Assembly (NCBI GenBank): GCA_039795225.1
Contig: JBDKEN010000001.1
Span: 21,610-85,609 of the forward strand
Length of the DNA stretch: 64,000 bases
Source: Bacteroidota bacterium
Lineage (GTDB): Bacteria; Bacteroidota; Ignavibacteria; Kapaibacteriales; Kapaibacteriaceae
Direction of reading: 5' to 3'
Shown: positions 20,440 through 29,661 of the stretch, in pieces
How the letters are laid out: the number at the start of each line of letters is the position of its first letter
Numbering within the stretch: the first letter of the stretch is position 1
Made by a program: the position numbers and the translations under genes
The notes under the pieces: model-generated
Databases searched by the model: none
What the model was told of the DNA's origin: nothing
The model's input: the letters and a program-made list of their open reading frames with translations, nothing else

Positions 20440-20495
20440 TTTGGGGTTTGGGGTTTGGGGTTTGGGGTTTGGGGTTTGGGGTGTGAGGTTTGGGG
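20440..20495 (+). repeat. 7-bp tandem array F (TTTGGGG, 8 units), G-quadruplex-prone
   Basis: TTTGGGG x6, TGTGAGG, TTTGGGG between convergent genes. Confidence 0.93.
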
Positions 20496-20514
20496 TGTAT
20501 AGCCAGCCGTACAA

Positions 20515-21282
20515 TTACACGAGCACGATTCCAACGGGGCAGTGATCAGAGCCCATGACGTCTGGCAAGATGAAGGCGTTCTTCAGCCGAGGGCGCAAAT
20601 CTTCGGTTATCCAGTGGTAATCGATGCGCCAGCCCACGTTGCGTTCGCGAGCCCTCGTGAAGTAGTCCCAGTACGAATAGTTGTCTGGTTCGTCGGGATG
20701 AAACTCGCGGAATGAATCCAGCCATCCGTCGGCAACCATACGGTCGAGGACTGCACGCTCTTCTGGAAGGAATCCAGTATTGGTCTCATTTTCCTTCGGG
20801 CGCGCCAAGTCAATCGGATGATGGGCGATGTTGTAATCACCACAGATCACAATGCCCCTTCCCTGCTTGCGCTGCTCAGCGCAGCGTGCAAGGAGTGCAT
20901 CGTAAAATCGCAACTTGAAGGGCACGCGCGAGTTGCCAACGGAACCGTTTGGGAAGTAGACGTTATACAGCAGGAATGATCCGAAGTCGGCCTCGATGAT
21001 GCGTCCTTCACCATCGAACTCATCGACACCAATTTTGGTCGTAACGGAAAGGGGCTCAGTACGACTCATGATGCCGACGCCGCTGTAGCCGCTCTTGATC
21101 GTGCAGGAGTGCCAGTAGGTGTGCCATCCGGGATGTTGCTTGACCTCGTTCGGAATCTTCTCGACATCAGCCTTGGTCTCTTGAAGACAGATAACGTCGG
21201 CCCTGACTTCGTCGACCCAATCCAGAAAGCCCTTCTTTTGGACGGCACGAATACCGTTGACGTTCCAGCTTATGATCTTCAT
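20515..21282 (-). CDS. xth: Exodeoxyribonuclease III
   Basis: MKIISWNVNGIRAVQKKGFLDWV, DVICLQETKA, GVGIMSRTEP, DYNIAHHPIDLARPKEN, DVMGSDHCPVGI. Confidence 0.95.
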   Translation of the reverse strand: MKIISWNVNGIRAVQKKGFLDWVDEVRADVICLQETKADVEKIPNEVKQHPGWHTYWHSCTIKSGYSGVGIMSRTEPLSVTTKIGVDEFDGEGRIIEADFGSFLLYNVYFPNGSVGNSRVPFKLRFYDALLARCAEQRKQGRGIVICGDYNIAHHPIDLARPKENETNTGFLPEERAVLDRMVADGWLDSFREFHPDEPDNYSYWDYFTRARERNVGWRIDYHWITEDLRPRLKNAFILPDVMGSDHCPVGIVLV

Positions 21283-21803
21283 TGCGAGGCCTTCAGATCG
21301 GTCATCGTGCACAATGAATGCAGAGTAAAGCCAGCTTCTGCAAGCTTCTCACGTCCACCTTGCTCGCGATCAATCACACAGACGACTTCGTTCACATGCG
21401 CACCGAGCGCACGGAGGTCGTTTCCTGATGTGATCACTTGACCGCCGCTGGTGATGACGTCTTCGACGATCAGCAGGCGACGTCCCGACACATCGGGTCC
21501 TTCGGCAAGCTTGCACGTGCCATAGTCCTTTGCCTTCTTGCGCACGAAGACCGCAGGTATGCCGGATGCCAAGGAAAGGACTGTTGCAATGGCGAGTCCT
21601 CCCATTTCCAATCCAGCCAGCATTTCTGTGCCGGGAGGAATCATCGGCAGCATCTGCTGGGCGATTGCCGAAAGAAGCTTCGGATCGCTCTCAAATTGGT
21701 ACTTATCGAAGTACTCGTTGCTAATGATCCCACTGCGAAGCTTGAATTCCCCGGTGATGTGGGCTACGGAATAGATCGATGCGATAAGTTCTTGTCGTGT
21801 CAT
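21279..21803 (-). CDS. pyrE: Orotate phosphoribosyltransferase
   Basis: FKLRSGIISNEYFDKYQFESDP, FVRKKAKDYGTCKLAEG, GRRLLIVEDVITSGGQV; overlaps xth. Confidence 0.93.
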   Translation of the reverse strand: MTRQELIASIYSVAHITGEFKLRSGIISNEYFDKYQFESDPKLLSAIAQQMLPMIPPGTEMLAGLEMGGLAIATVLSLASGIPAVFVRKKAKDYGTCKLAEGPDVSGRRLLIVEDVITSGGQVITSGNDLRALGAHVNEVVCVIDREQGGREKLAEAGFTLHSLCTMTDLKASQ

Positions 21804-21807
21804 TCCG

Positions 21808-21815
21808 CAAATTTG
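21808..21815 (-). promoter_or_regulatory. Putative -7/-10 element CAAATTTG, 12 nt from pyrE ATG
   Basis: CAAATTTG-CGGA-ATG on minus strand. Confidence 0.5.
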
Positions 21816-21829
21816 GGATTCTTCTCGCA

Positions 21830-21837
21830 TACATTTG
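21830..21837 (+). promoter_or_regulatory. Putative -7 element TACATTTG upstream of lipoprotein gene (short 5' UTR)
   Basis: Exact TAnnTTTG, divergent from pyrE element. Confidence 0.55.
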
Positions 21838-21863
21838 CGTTTTCTCACCGAACACACGAAAAC

Positions 21864-22334
21864 ATGAAACGCCTGCTCATCCTCGGACTGTCAACAATTC
21901 TCCTTCTCGGCGGCTGCTCGTCAGTTGATGAGTGCCTCAAGGGAATCAGTGTTCAAAACACGAGTGTGACCCTAGAAAAGGGGCTCTGCTTTGGTACATG
22001 TCCGGTCTACTCGGGCACCATCCTTGGCGATGGACAGATCATGTATGATGGACGACGCTTTACCGATCGTGAGGGAGTATGGGTGGGCTCGATCAGCCGT
22101 GATAAACTTTGTGAGCTTATCACCATTCTTCGTCAGACCGATCTTTCGTCGGTTCCTTCAGAATCGCTCGACAATGTTCCTGATGCTCCTGTGTCTGAGC
22201 TTCGGATCGTCTTCATGGGCAAGGAGCGGACGTTCAAGTGGAACATGGGCACGCCGGAAGCGTTGCGTCCACTCGACAAATTCATTGCCGAGAACACGCA
22301 CGGAAACACGTCGCTCCGACCTATGGGCAAGTAA
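21864..22334 (+). CDS. Small lipoprotein, DUF6438-like
   Basis: Lipobox LSTILLLGGCSS; LEKGLCFGTCPVYSGTILGDGQIMYDGRRF. Confidence 0.65.
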   Translation: MKRLLILGLSTILLLGGCSSVDECLKGISVQNTSVTLEKGLCFGTCPVYSGTILGDGQIMYDGRRFTDREGVWVGSISRDKLCELITILRQTDLSSVPSESLDNVPDAPVSELRIVFMGKERTFKWNMGTPEALRPLDKFIAENTHGNTSLRPMGK

Positions 22335-22361
22335 CGGGGCACATGCCCACGTGCGAGATGG

Positions 22362-23051
22362 TTATCGGACGATGCCGGTGTAGAGAAACGCAATGCCGCC
22401 AGTGAGTTCACGGTACGAACACTCGTCCATGCGGCCCGTTGAGCGCATGAGGTTCAAGAACTCCTCCCGACATGGGAAGGCCGCTGCAGTCGTTGGCAAG
22501 TATTCGTAGGCCTTGCGATTGCCCGTCAGCATGCCACCAATCAGCGGGATGATGTGCTGCGAGTACCAACGATAGGTCAAACCGATGATTCCGCGCGGCT
22601 GGCCAAATTCGAGAACAACAACGCGGCCGCCTGGACGCACAACACGCGCCATCTCCGAAAGTGCCGTGCGCGGATCATCAACGTTGCGAATGCCGAACGA
22701 GATGCTGGCAACATCGAAGCTAGCATCGTCATATGGCAAGTGCATCGCATCAGCAACTTCAAACTCCACGTCGAGCCCCTTGCCGCGGGCCTTTGCCGGA
22801 GCGAATGAGAGCATATCGGCGTTGAAGTCTGTTCCAAGGACACGTCCATGTGATCCGACCGTCCGCTTAAACGCGAGTGCAAGATCACCAGTGCCCGTGG
22901 CACAGTCGAGAATGTGACTTCCTTCACGCGCACCACTGGCCTTGACCGTTGCAGATCGCCACAGATGGTGGATGCCCATCGAAAGGATCGAATTGGTGAT
23001 ATCATATCGAGGGGCAATGTCGGAGAACATTGCGTGGACGGCTTCACTCAT
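22362..23051 (-). CDS. ubiE: Ubiquinone/menaquinone biosynthesis C-methyltransferase
   Basis: MFSDIAPRYDITNSILSMGIHHLWR, VLDCATGTGDLAL-like motif, FGIRNVDDPRTALSEMARVVRPGGRVVVLEFGQP. Confidence 0.95.
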   Translation of the reverse strand: MSEAVHAMFSDIAPRYDITNSILSMGIHHLWRSATVKASGAREGSHILDCATGTGDLALAFKRTVGSHGRVLGTDFNADMLSFAPAKARGKGLDVEFEVADAMHLPYDDASFDVASISFGIRNVDDPRTALSEMARVVRPGGRVVVLEFGQPRGIIGLTYRWYSQHIIPLIGGMLTGNRKAYEYLPTTAAAFPCREEFLNLMRSTGRMDECSYRELTGGIAFLYTGIVR

Positions 23052-24529
23052 GCGTCAAAGATACGGGCAACGGTGTTCCAGGCTCCCAGCATGACAGCTG
23101 GCATTCCCTGTCCAGGGAACACACTGTCACCGATCATGTAGAGCCCAGCAAAAGGTGTTTGATTTGGTGGCAGAGTCACAAGTGGCCGCGCGATATCGTG
23201 TGGAATTCCTCCCACGAACCCGTCATGACGCTGTGTATAGTTCTTCCAGGTGATGGGTGTGCCGACATCACATCGCTCAATTTCCATGCCGTCGAACTCG
23301 TGCATGCCGTTGCGGATCGCCTCGAGCATTTGCACCCGGACCATCTCGCGGCGGCGTTCATACTCGTCAAGAGAAATGCCCTTCCAGTCCTCCGCCCGTG
23401 CATGTGTACTCACCGTCACCGTCGTGAGTCCTTCTGGCGCTTTCTGCCGATCATCAGGATGCGAGACCGTGAGGAATAGCGACTTCGAATGCACAAACGG
23501 AATGTCCTGCTGAAGGTGTAACTGAACATACTGACTCGGCAGACGTGGCACTCCACGAAGCGTCAGATACAAGGTTACGGCACACCATGACGCATCAAAA
23601 CGCCGTGCAAGCTTGGAGAAATAGGATCGCACGGCCTCATCGGTCAGCGTCGCCATGTTCCAAATGGGAATTGATGATATGACACGTTGTGCTCGATAGC
23701 TCTCTCCATTGTCGCATCGTACCTCCCACGCCCCATCCTGACGAATGATCGACGTGACACGACGACGAAACCGAACCTGTGCGCCGTGCGTGGTGGCATA
23801 GCGCATGAGATCCAGTGCTGGTCGCACCATCCCTCCAACTGGATAATACGTTTCACTTGGATAGGTGAGCCCCATGGCAGCGGTCAGATACGGGGCTCGC
23901 TCGGCGGTATTCTGGGTTGAGATCAGCAGCTGCTCGTCAATGAACCGACGAAAGGCGGCGTTGCGATGGACGCCGGCTGCTTCCATGAGTACGCGCGTGG
24001 GACGAATCAATCCGACGGCAAGAGGGGCCTGTGCCAGAAGGGACGGCTTTGCCAACCGTACAACATCAGAGAGCGTAGCCGGAGGGAAATGCGTTAAGCT
24101 CTGCACCATGGACCACACACGGCGTTCAAGATCGTAGAGGTGCTTCCAAAAACGCGGCTGGTCACCACCTGGGAATACGCGCTGGGCCTCGTTGATCCAT
24201 GCGTCCACATCGGCGTGACGGACAACATCAACCTCGGGCATGCGGATGAGCATTCCCGGATCTTGCTTGATAAACCTTGGTTCAATACCAAGGTGCCGAA
24301 ACACCCGCCCAGCAGGCTGTGATGAAACCACTCCGCTCACCGTCGTGGCGCCTACATCGAACGTGCAGGACCCTATCCGGTAAAACGATGCGCATCCGCC
24401 AAGCGTATCATGGGATTCCAGGAGCGTGACGTCTTCTCCTTCGTGGGCCAGAAGCGCGGCGCTGGTAAGTCCAGCATATCCCGCGCCGAGGACGAGCGTC
24501 GAAACGGTATGTCGTGGTGCAGAACTCAT
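23048..24529 (-). CDS. FAD-dependent phytoene desaturase / CrtISO-like oxidoreductase
   Basis: STLVLGAGYAGLTSAALLAHEGEDVTLLESHDTLGGCASFY; C-terminal GLYMIGDSVFPGQGMPAVMLGAWN; overlaps ubiE. Confidence 0.85.
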   Translation of the reverse strand: MSSAPRHTVSTLVLGAGYAGLTSAALLAHEGEDVTLLESHDTLGGCASFYRIGSCTFDVGATTVSGVVSSQPAGRVFRHLGIEPRFIKQDPGMLIRMPEVDVVRHADVDAWINEAQRVFPGGDQPRFWKHLYDLERRVWSMVQSLTHFPPATLSDVVRLAKPSLLAQAPLAVGLIRPTRVLMEAAGVHRNAAFRRFIDEQLLISTQNTAERAPYLTAAMGLTYPSETYYPVGGMVRPALDLMRYATTHGAQVRFRRRVTSIIRQDGAWEVRCDNGESYRAQRVISSIPIWNMATLTDEAVRSYFSKLARRFDASWCAVTLYLTLRGVPRLPSQYVQLHLQQDIPFVHSKSLFLTVSHPDDRQKAPEGLTTVTVSTHARAEDWKGISLDEYERRREMVRVQMLEAIRNGMHEFDGMEIERCDVGTPITWKNYTQRHDGFVGGIPHDIARPLVTLPPNQTPFAGLYMIGDSVFPGQGMPAVMLGAWNTVARIFDA

Positions 24530-24625
24530 GGGCAACGATAACACCGGGTGTGGCTTGCACGTTCCGTTGAAGGAGTCGATCGAATCATGGACTCTTCTTC
24601 CGGCGTGTTACGTAGCATTCCAATG

Positions 24626-24633
24626 TAGATTTG
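24626..24633 (+). promoter_or_regulatory. Putative -7 element TAGATTTG, 11 nt from ATG 24637
   Basis: TAGATTTG-TGC-ATG, exact TAnnTTTG. Confidence 0.6.
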
Positions 24634-24636
24634 TGC

Positions 24637-27600
24637 ATGAGAAATCTCCTGCTTTCCCTGCTATGGCTGGCCTCCGCGTCGGTCGTTTCAGTAGTCGCAT
24701 CGACAGACCCTCAACATCGTGCTGAACTTGAAGGAGCTTCGAAGATTCGTGCTCGCTTTGAGGACGTTCATCGACGTCGATTTGGAACCTCGAAGCCACC
24801 TGCAGAGAACCTGCGTGTCAAGGCTATCGACCAGCTGCAGCGACGTCGCTCGAAGCTTGATGTTGAAGCACAAGCCGAATCACCGCGCTGGATCCAGAAG
24901 GGTCCATACGCCACGGGTGGACGTATTAAGTCGATCGTCTTCGACCCTGTGACACCCGGTGTGGTGTACATCGGCGCTGCCGCCGGGGGCGTGTGGAAGA
25001 CCACGAACGCTGGGCAGGAATGGACGCCGATGATGGATCAGGCCAATGCCATCGCCATGGGCGCGCTGTGTATTGACCCCGACGATCGAAATGTGATCTA
25101 TGCCGGAACCGGCGAGCAGGTCATCAACGCCAACACCTACTTTGGATGCGGATTGATGCGCTCAACCGATGCGGGCCAAACCTGGAAGGTCTTTGCGCTG
25201 GCAAACGTTGGAGCGTTCTCTCGCGTATTCGTGCACCCCAAAGACACCAAGCTGATGATGTGCGGTGCGATGGGATCGGATGCCGGTGTGTGGAAGAGCA
25301 CTGATAAGGGGCTCAGCTGGACACGTATACGCCGAGGTCAGATTTATGATATGTCGATGCACCCCGAGGATCCCAACACCTGGGTAGCAGCCGTACCCGA
25401 CAGTGGCATCATCATGACTACCGACGGTGGCGCAACGTGGACGCAGCGCATGAATGGCCTCGTCGGATCCGTGGGCCGCATCAGTGTGCAGTTTGCCCCC
25501 TCCTCACCATCGACATTGTATACGTTGGCCGAACTCAATCGCCTCGCAGTGGTTGCCAAGTCAACCAATGGAGGTGCATCATGGACCGTGCAGTATCGCG
25601 ACGACCGCGGCTGCTTTTTTGCCGGTGCATGTTCGCCAGATGCAAGCCAAGGTTTTTACGACAACCTCGTATCTGTCAACCCAAAGAATCCCAATCAGGC
25701 GATTGTTGGCGGTATCGACCTGTGGATGACAACCAATGGAGGATCGAACTGGATTAACGTTACCAATGGCTATGCCGATGGTGACGGGGCAAATGTGCCA
25801 CACGTGGATCAGCATGTTGTCGCCTATGACCCGCATGATTCCAAGCATATCCTCGCTGGAAACGATGGCGGAATGATGCGCAGCCCTGATGGTGGGAACT
25901 CCTGGTACCCGTTGAATACCAATCTTGCTGTGACACAGTTCTACTCGTTTGATGTGGACCGGACGTCGCGCGAGCGGATGTACGGCGGTACGCAGGACAA
26001 CGGGACGCTTGGCACCGAAGGTATCGTCGATTGGGAACGCGTAGCAGGGGGCGACGGAATGACCACGCTCGTGCATCCGACGATACCGGCCATTGTGTAT
26101 GGAACGAATCCGAACGGTGCCCTCTTCCGAATCGACTTCCAATCGGGTCGTGCCGCGCGGATTACGACGGGCCTAAACATGAGCGAAGATTGCGAGTGGG
26201 TGGCACCGATGGCGATTGATCCCTTCAATCCAGATGCGATGCTCACCGGACGCCAACGCGTGTACTTCAGCGACAACCGTGGCGACCTCTGGCAAGCATC
26301 CTCACCGCGGTTTGAGGGTAATGTCTCTGCCGTTGCGTTTTCGCAGGCAGACCAGGAGGTCCTGTGGGCTGGCGGTAATATGGGTGATGTCTATGTGAGC
26401 ACAGACTACGGAACGAAGTGGACGCCTGTGCAGGAAAACGGTCTAAGCATGGGCTACGTCAGCGATTTCGTCTGTCCGGAAACGGATCGCAATACCGCTT
26501 GGATTACCTATTCGTCCTACGGTTTGCCTCACGTGTGGCGAACAACAGACCTTGGGAAATCGTGGCAACCACGTTGGACCGGTATGCCGGACATTCCCGT
26601 CAACACGATAGACATCCATCCCGATGATCCGAACATTCTCTTTGTTGGCACCGACATCGGCGTCTTCGTGACCTTTGACGCAGGTGATTCGTGGATGCCG
26701 TATGGAACGGAGTTGCCGCGCACGCCAATCTTAGACCTCAAGGTCGATGTTGCCAATAGCTACATCCGCGCTGGAACCCACGGCAGGTCGATTTGGGAAG
26801 CTCCGTTGCTGTCCGTTGCACCAACAGATCCAGTGATCGCAACGCCGATTGGTGGCGAGCGCTTTGTGGGGCTTACCTCTACGCGTGTTACCTGGAGGGG
26901 CATACCAGCCCCTTGCCGTCTCGAATACTCTGTCAACAATGGCGCATCATGGGTGCCCATCGCCCAGGGTCAGTCAGGGTCATCCTACACATGGCAGGTG
27001 CCGAACGCTCCAACAAATGATGCGCTTGTGCGAGTCACATCCGAGGCCGATCCTGCCATCAGCGCCGTCAGCCGGAACTTCTCGATTCAGCGTCTCCTAC
27101 GCGGTATGGTTGTCAAGCAGTCAACTGTGGGATGGATCCCCTATGGCTTGTCGTGGGATGGAAAGACGTCACTCTGGACGACAAACTTCCGCACGAATAC
27201 ACTTCATAAGCTTGATTACAATACCCTCGAGCCAATCAAGACCATCACCATGAAGGGGGCTGGCGACAGCTTGTATACGGACATTTCCTACGACCGCGAG
27301 AAGCATGAAATCTATGTGCATCGGTTGGAGAGTACAGAGGGACTTCAGACGACGGTAGTGGTTGTAGATACGAATGGTACGCTGTTACGCACGTTCCCAA
27401 GTGCTGCCCGCCGATACGGCATTGGTCTGGAATACGTCAATGGCGTTCTGTATGGGGCTGAGCGCGACGGTGAGCGACGCATCATTGGTATGAATCCACA
27501 GAATGGTGCTGTGCTCTCATCGGTGCCTAATCCCTACCAGCAGTTCTACGGTCCACGTGGCCTGACAGCTGATTCTCGCGGCAACTTCTTGCAAGTCTGC

Positions 27601-28125
27601 ACGCAGTTCTCGGAGAGTGGTGGCGGACTTCTAGCAGCTTCAATTGCCGAGATCCCACAGAGCGCACCGTCGACGATTGCACAGTCGCTCCAGCTTGAAA
27701 CGCCAAATGGACTCATTAATGGCCGTGGCATTGAGATTGACGCGCGCGACGAGACGATGTGGGTGAGCGAGTACGGCGGCACGATCTTCAAGATCACCGG
27801 TCTGCGCTTCGAGCCCCCTCCGATCACAAGCTCCGTCGACGAAGATGCGCAGCAACTCCCGGGCGTCGTATCCATCGCACCGCATCCTGTTTCCTCGACA
27901 GCCTTTGTGTCGGTGAGTTCCGTTGGTAGTCCACGCACAATAACGCCGGTTGTGTGCGACATCACGGGTCAGGTTGTTTGGAACGGCGTTCCCCACCTGC
28001 AAGAGGCGAATGAGCCACTGGTGGTTCGCCTTCCTGATGACATCCTCACAACGGGGACGTACATCCTGTCACTCACATCGCAGGATGGCGCTAGCGTGCG
28101 TCGTCCGTTCATTGTCAACAAGTAA
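24637..28125 (+). CDS. Secreted VPS10/sortilin-like BNR/Asp-box beta-propeller protein with T9SS type A sorting-like C-terminus
   Basis: Signal peptide from ATG 24637; repeated Asp-boxes (STDAGQTW, STDKGLSW, TTDGGATW, STDYGTKW, TTDLGKSW); C-terminal VSIAPHPVSSTAFVSV...GTYILSLTSQDGASVRRPFIVNK. Confidence 0.85.
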   Translation: MRNLLLSLLWLASASVVSVVASTDPQHRAELEGASKIRARFEDVHRRRFGTSKPPAENLRVKAIDQLQRRRSKLDVEAQAESPRWIQKGPYATGGRIKSIVFDPVTPGVVYIGAAAGGVWKTTNAGQEWTPMMDQANAIAMGALCIDPDDRNVIYAGTGEQVINANTYFGCGLMRSTDAGQTWKVFALANVGAFSRVFVHPKDTKLMMCGAMGSDAGVWKSTDKGLSWTRIRRGQIYDMSMHPEDPNTWVAAVPDSGIIMTTDGGATWTQRMNGLVGSVGRISVQFAPSSPSTLYTLAELNRLAVVAKSTNGGASWTVQYRDDRGCFFAGACSPDASQGFYDNLVSVNPKNPNQAIVGGIDLWMTTNGGSNWINVTNGYADGDGANVPHVDQHVVAYDPHDSKHILAGNDGGMMRSPDGGNSWYPLNTNLAVTQFYSFDVDRTSRERMYGGTQDNGTLGTEGIVDWERVAGGDGMTTLVHPTIPAIVYGTNPNGALFRIDFQSGRAARITTGLNMSEDCEWVAPMAIDPFNPDAMLTGRQRVYFSDNRGDLWQASSPRFEGNVSAVAFSQADQEVLWAGGNMGDVYVSTDYGTKWTPVQENGLSMGYVSDFVCPETDRNTAWITYSSYGLPHVWRTTDLGKSWQPRWTGMPDIPVNTIDIHPDDPNILFVGTDIGVFVTFDAGDSWMPYGTELPRTPILDLKVDVANSYIRAGTHGRSIWEAPLLSVAPTDPVIATPIGGERFVGLTSTRVTWRGIPAPCRLEYSVNNGASWVPIAQGQSGSSYTWQVPNAPTNDALVRVTSEADPAISAVSRNFSIQRLLRGMVVKQSTVGWIPYGLSWDGKTSLWTTNFRTNTLHKLDYNTLEPIKTITMKGAGDSLYTDISYDREKHEIYVHRLESTEGLQTTVVVVDTNGTLLRTFPSAARRYGIGLEYVNGVLYGAERDGERRIIGMNPQNGAVLSSVPNPYQQFYGPRGLTADSRGNFLQVCTQFSESGGGLLAASIAEIPQSAPSTIAQSLQLETPNGLINGRGIEIDARDETMWVSEYGGTIFKITGLRFEPPPITSSVDEDAQQLPGVVSIAPHPVSSTAFVSVSSVGSPRTITPVVCDITGQVVWNGVPHLQEANEPLVVRLPDDILTTGTYILSLTSQDGASVRRPFIVNK

Positions 28126-28136
28126 CGATCGTCATC

Positions 28137-28346
28137 ATGCAACACATCATTTTGTCGATCATCACCATGAGTGTGGTCTGGTATGCGTGGATCACCTTCA
28201 AGAAGATTGGGCGTCTTCGTGCGGTCGACATTGACCTGAGCGAACAGGAGCGGCAACAACGTCAGGTCTCATACGTCATGCGCATTGTTATGTGCCTGAT
28301 ACTATTGGCCATTCTTCCCTTTCTATTCACGTTTATTACCAAGTAA
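28137..28346 (+). CDS. Small protein with two hydrophobic segments, unknown function
   Basis: 69 aa, overlaps next gene's start (TAATG); MQHIILSIITMSVVWYAWITF...VMRIVMCLILLAILPFLFTF. Confidence 0.6.
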   Translation: MQHIILSIITMSVVWYAWITFKKIGRLRAVDIDLSEQERQQRQVSYVMRIVMCLILLAILPFLFTFITK

Positions 28347-29083
28347 TGGCAGAGAATGACATGAAACCCGCGGGATCTGAAAAGAAAAGATCCGAGCGTG
28401 AGTTTCTCGCTGGCCCCCACTCTCGAATTCGTGAGTTTCTGTTCGTTGTGCGAGTGATGACGGAGTTCATCCGTGGATTCCGCATCCTGCACTTTGTCGG
28501 TCCATGCATCACTGTGTTTGGCTCGGCCCGCTTTAAGGAAGATCATCCCCACTATCAGCTCGCACGAGCCGTCGGAGCTCGCCTTGCGGAAATGGGCTTC
28601 ACCGTGATGACAGGAGGTGGTCCAGGCATCATGGAGGCAGCAAACCGCGGTGCCAAGGAAGCTGGTGGGACGAGCATCGGACTGAATATCGAACTCCCCT
28701 TTGAGCAGCATGCGAATCCATGGCTTGATGTCATGGTGATGTTCGAGCACTTTTTCGTCCGCAAAGTCATGCTGGTGAAGTATTCCCTCGGCTTCGTGGT
28801 GATGCCCGGTGGCTTTGGAACAATGGATGAACTCTTTGAAGCTATCACGCTCATCCAGACGAAGAAGATCACCAACTTCCCGATCGTCCTTATGGGCAAG
28901 GAATACTATGCCGAAGTTGTGGAGGCGATCAACAATCGCATGGTAAAGGAAGGAACGATCTCGAAGGAAGACCTCGACCTGTTTCTTGTGACGGACAGTA
29001 TCGACGAAATGGAAGACTTTCTCCGTGCTCGCGTCGTGAAGCGATTTGGCTTGAAGCAGCAACTCTTCATCCCACGCTCATGA
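28346..29083 (+). CDS. LOG family protein (TIGR00730-like) #1
   Basis: VGPCITVFGSARF, TGGGPGIMEAANRGAKEAGG, VMPGGFGTMDELFEAITLIQTKK. Confidence 0.9.
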   Translation: MAENDMKPAGSEKKRSEREFLAGPHSRIREFLFVVRVMTEFIRGFRILHFVGPCITVFGSARFKEDHPHYQLARAVGARLAEMGFTVMTGGGPGIMEAANRGAKEAGGTSIGLNIELPFEQHANPWLDVMVMFEHFFVRKVMLVKYSLGFVVMPGGFGTMDELFEAITLIQTKKITNFPIVLMGKEYYAEVVEAINNRMVKEGTISKEDLDLFLVTDSIDEMEDFLRARVVKRFGLKQQLFIPRS

Positions 29084-29652
29084 ACATCTGTGTCTACTGC
29101 GGATCCCGAGTTGGAGATCGTCCCGAATATTATGACGCGGCCGTCGCCGTTGGTCACGAGATCCTGCGTCGCGGCTGGGGCTTGGTCTACGGTGGTGGTG
29201 GCATCGGCCTGATGGGCGTCATTGCGCGGACCGTCTTTGAAGCTGGTGGACATGTCACAGGCATCATTCCAACGTTCCTTGCTACAAAAGAAATCGCCTT
29301 CTGGGAGTGCACTGAACTGCTCGAGGTACCTTCGATGCACATCCGAAAGCAGCTCATGATCGACCGATCAGACATGCTCCTTGCGATTCCCGGCGGACTT
29401 GGAACAATGGATGAACTCTTCGAGGCCCTCACATGGCGTCAGCTGGGCCTGCATGACCGACCGATTGGACTGCTAAACGCGCATGGCTTTTTCGACCCAC
29501 TGCTTGCAATGAATGCGCATATGGTTGCACGGGGCTTTGCAGATCAGAAGCATACTGATGCACTTGTGCACCATCACGACGTCAGTCCACTTTTTGACAT
29601 GCTTGCGTCATTAGCAAGCCATGGCCGATCACGACTTGATGGTCTCACATAG
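29080..29652 (+). CDS. LOG family protein (TIGR00730) #2
   Basis: MNICVYCGSRVGDRPEYY, VYGGGGIGLMGVIA, MHIRKQLMIDRSDMLLAIPGGLGTMDELFEALTWRQLG; overlaps #1. Confidence 0.93.
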   Translation: MNICVYCGSRVGDRPEYYDAAVAVGHEILRRGWGLVYGGGGIGLMGVIARTVFEAGGHVTGIIPTFLATKEIAFWECTELLEVPSMHIRKQLMIDRSDMLLAIPGGLGTMDELFEALTWRQLGLHDRPIGLLNAHGFFDPLLAMNAHMVARGFADQKHTDALVHHHDVSPLFDMLASLASHGRSRLDGLT

Positions 29653-29661
29653 GACCTGATA

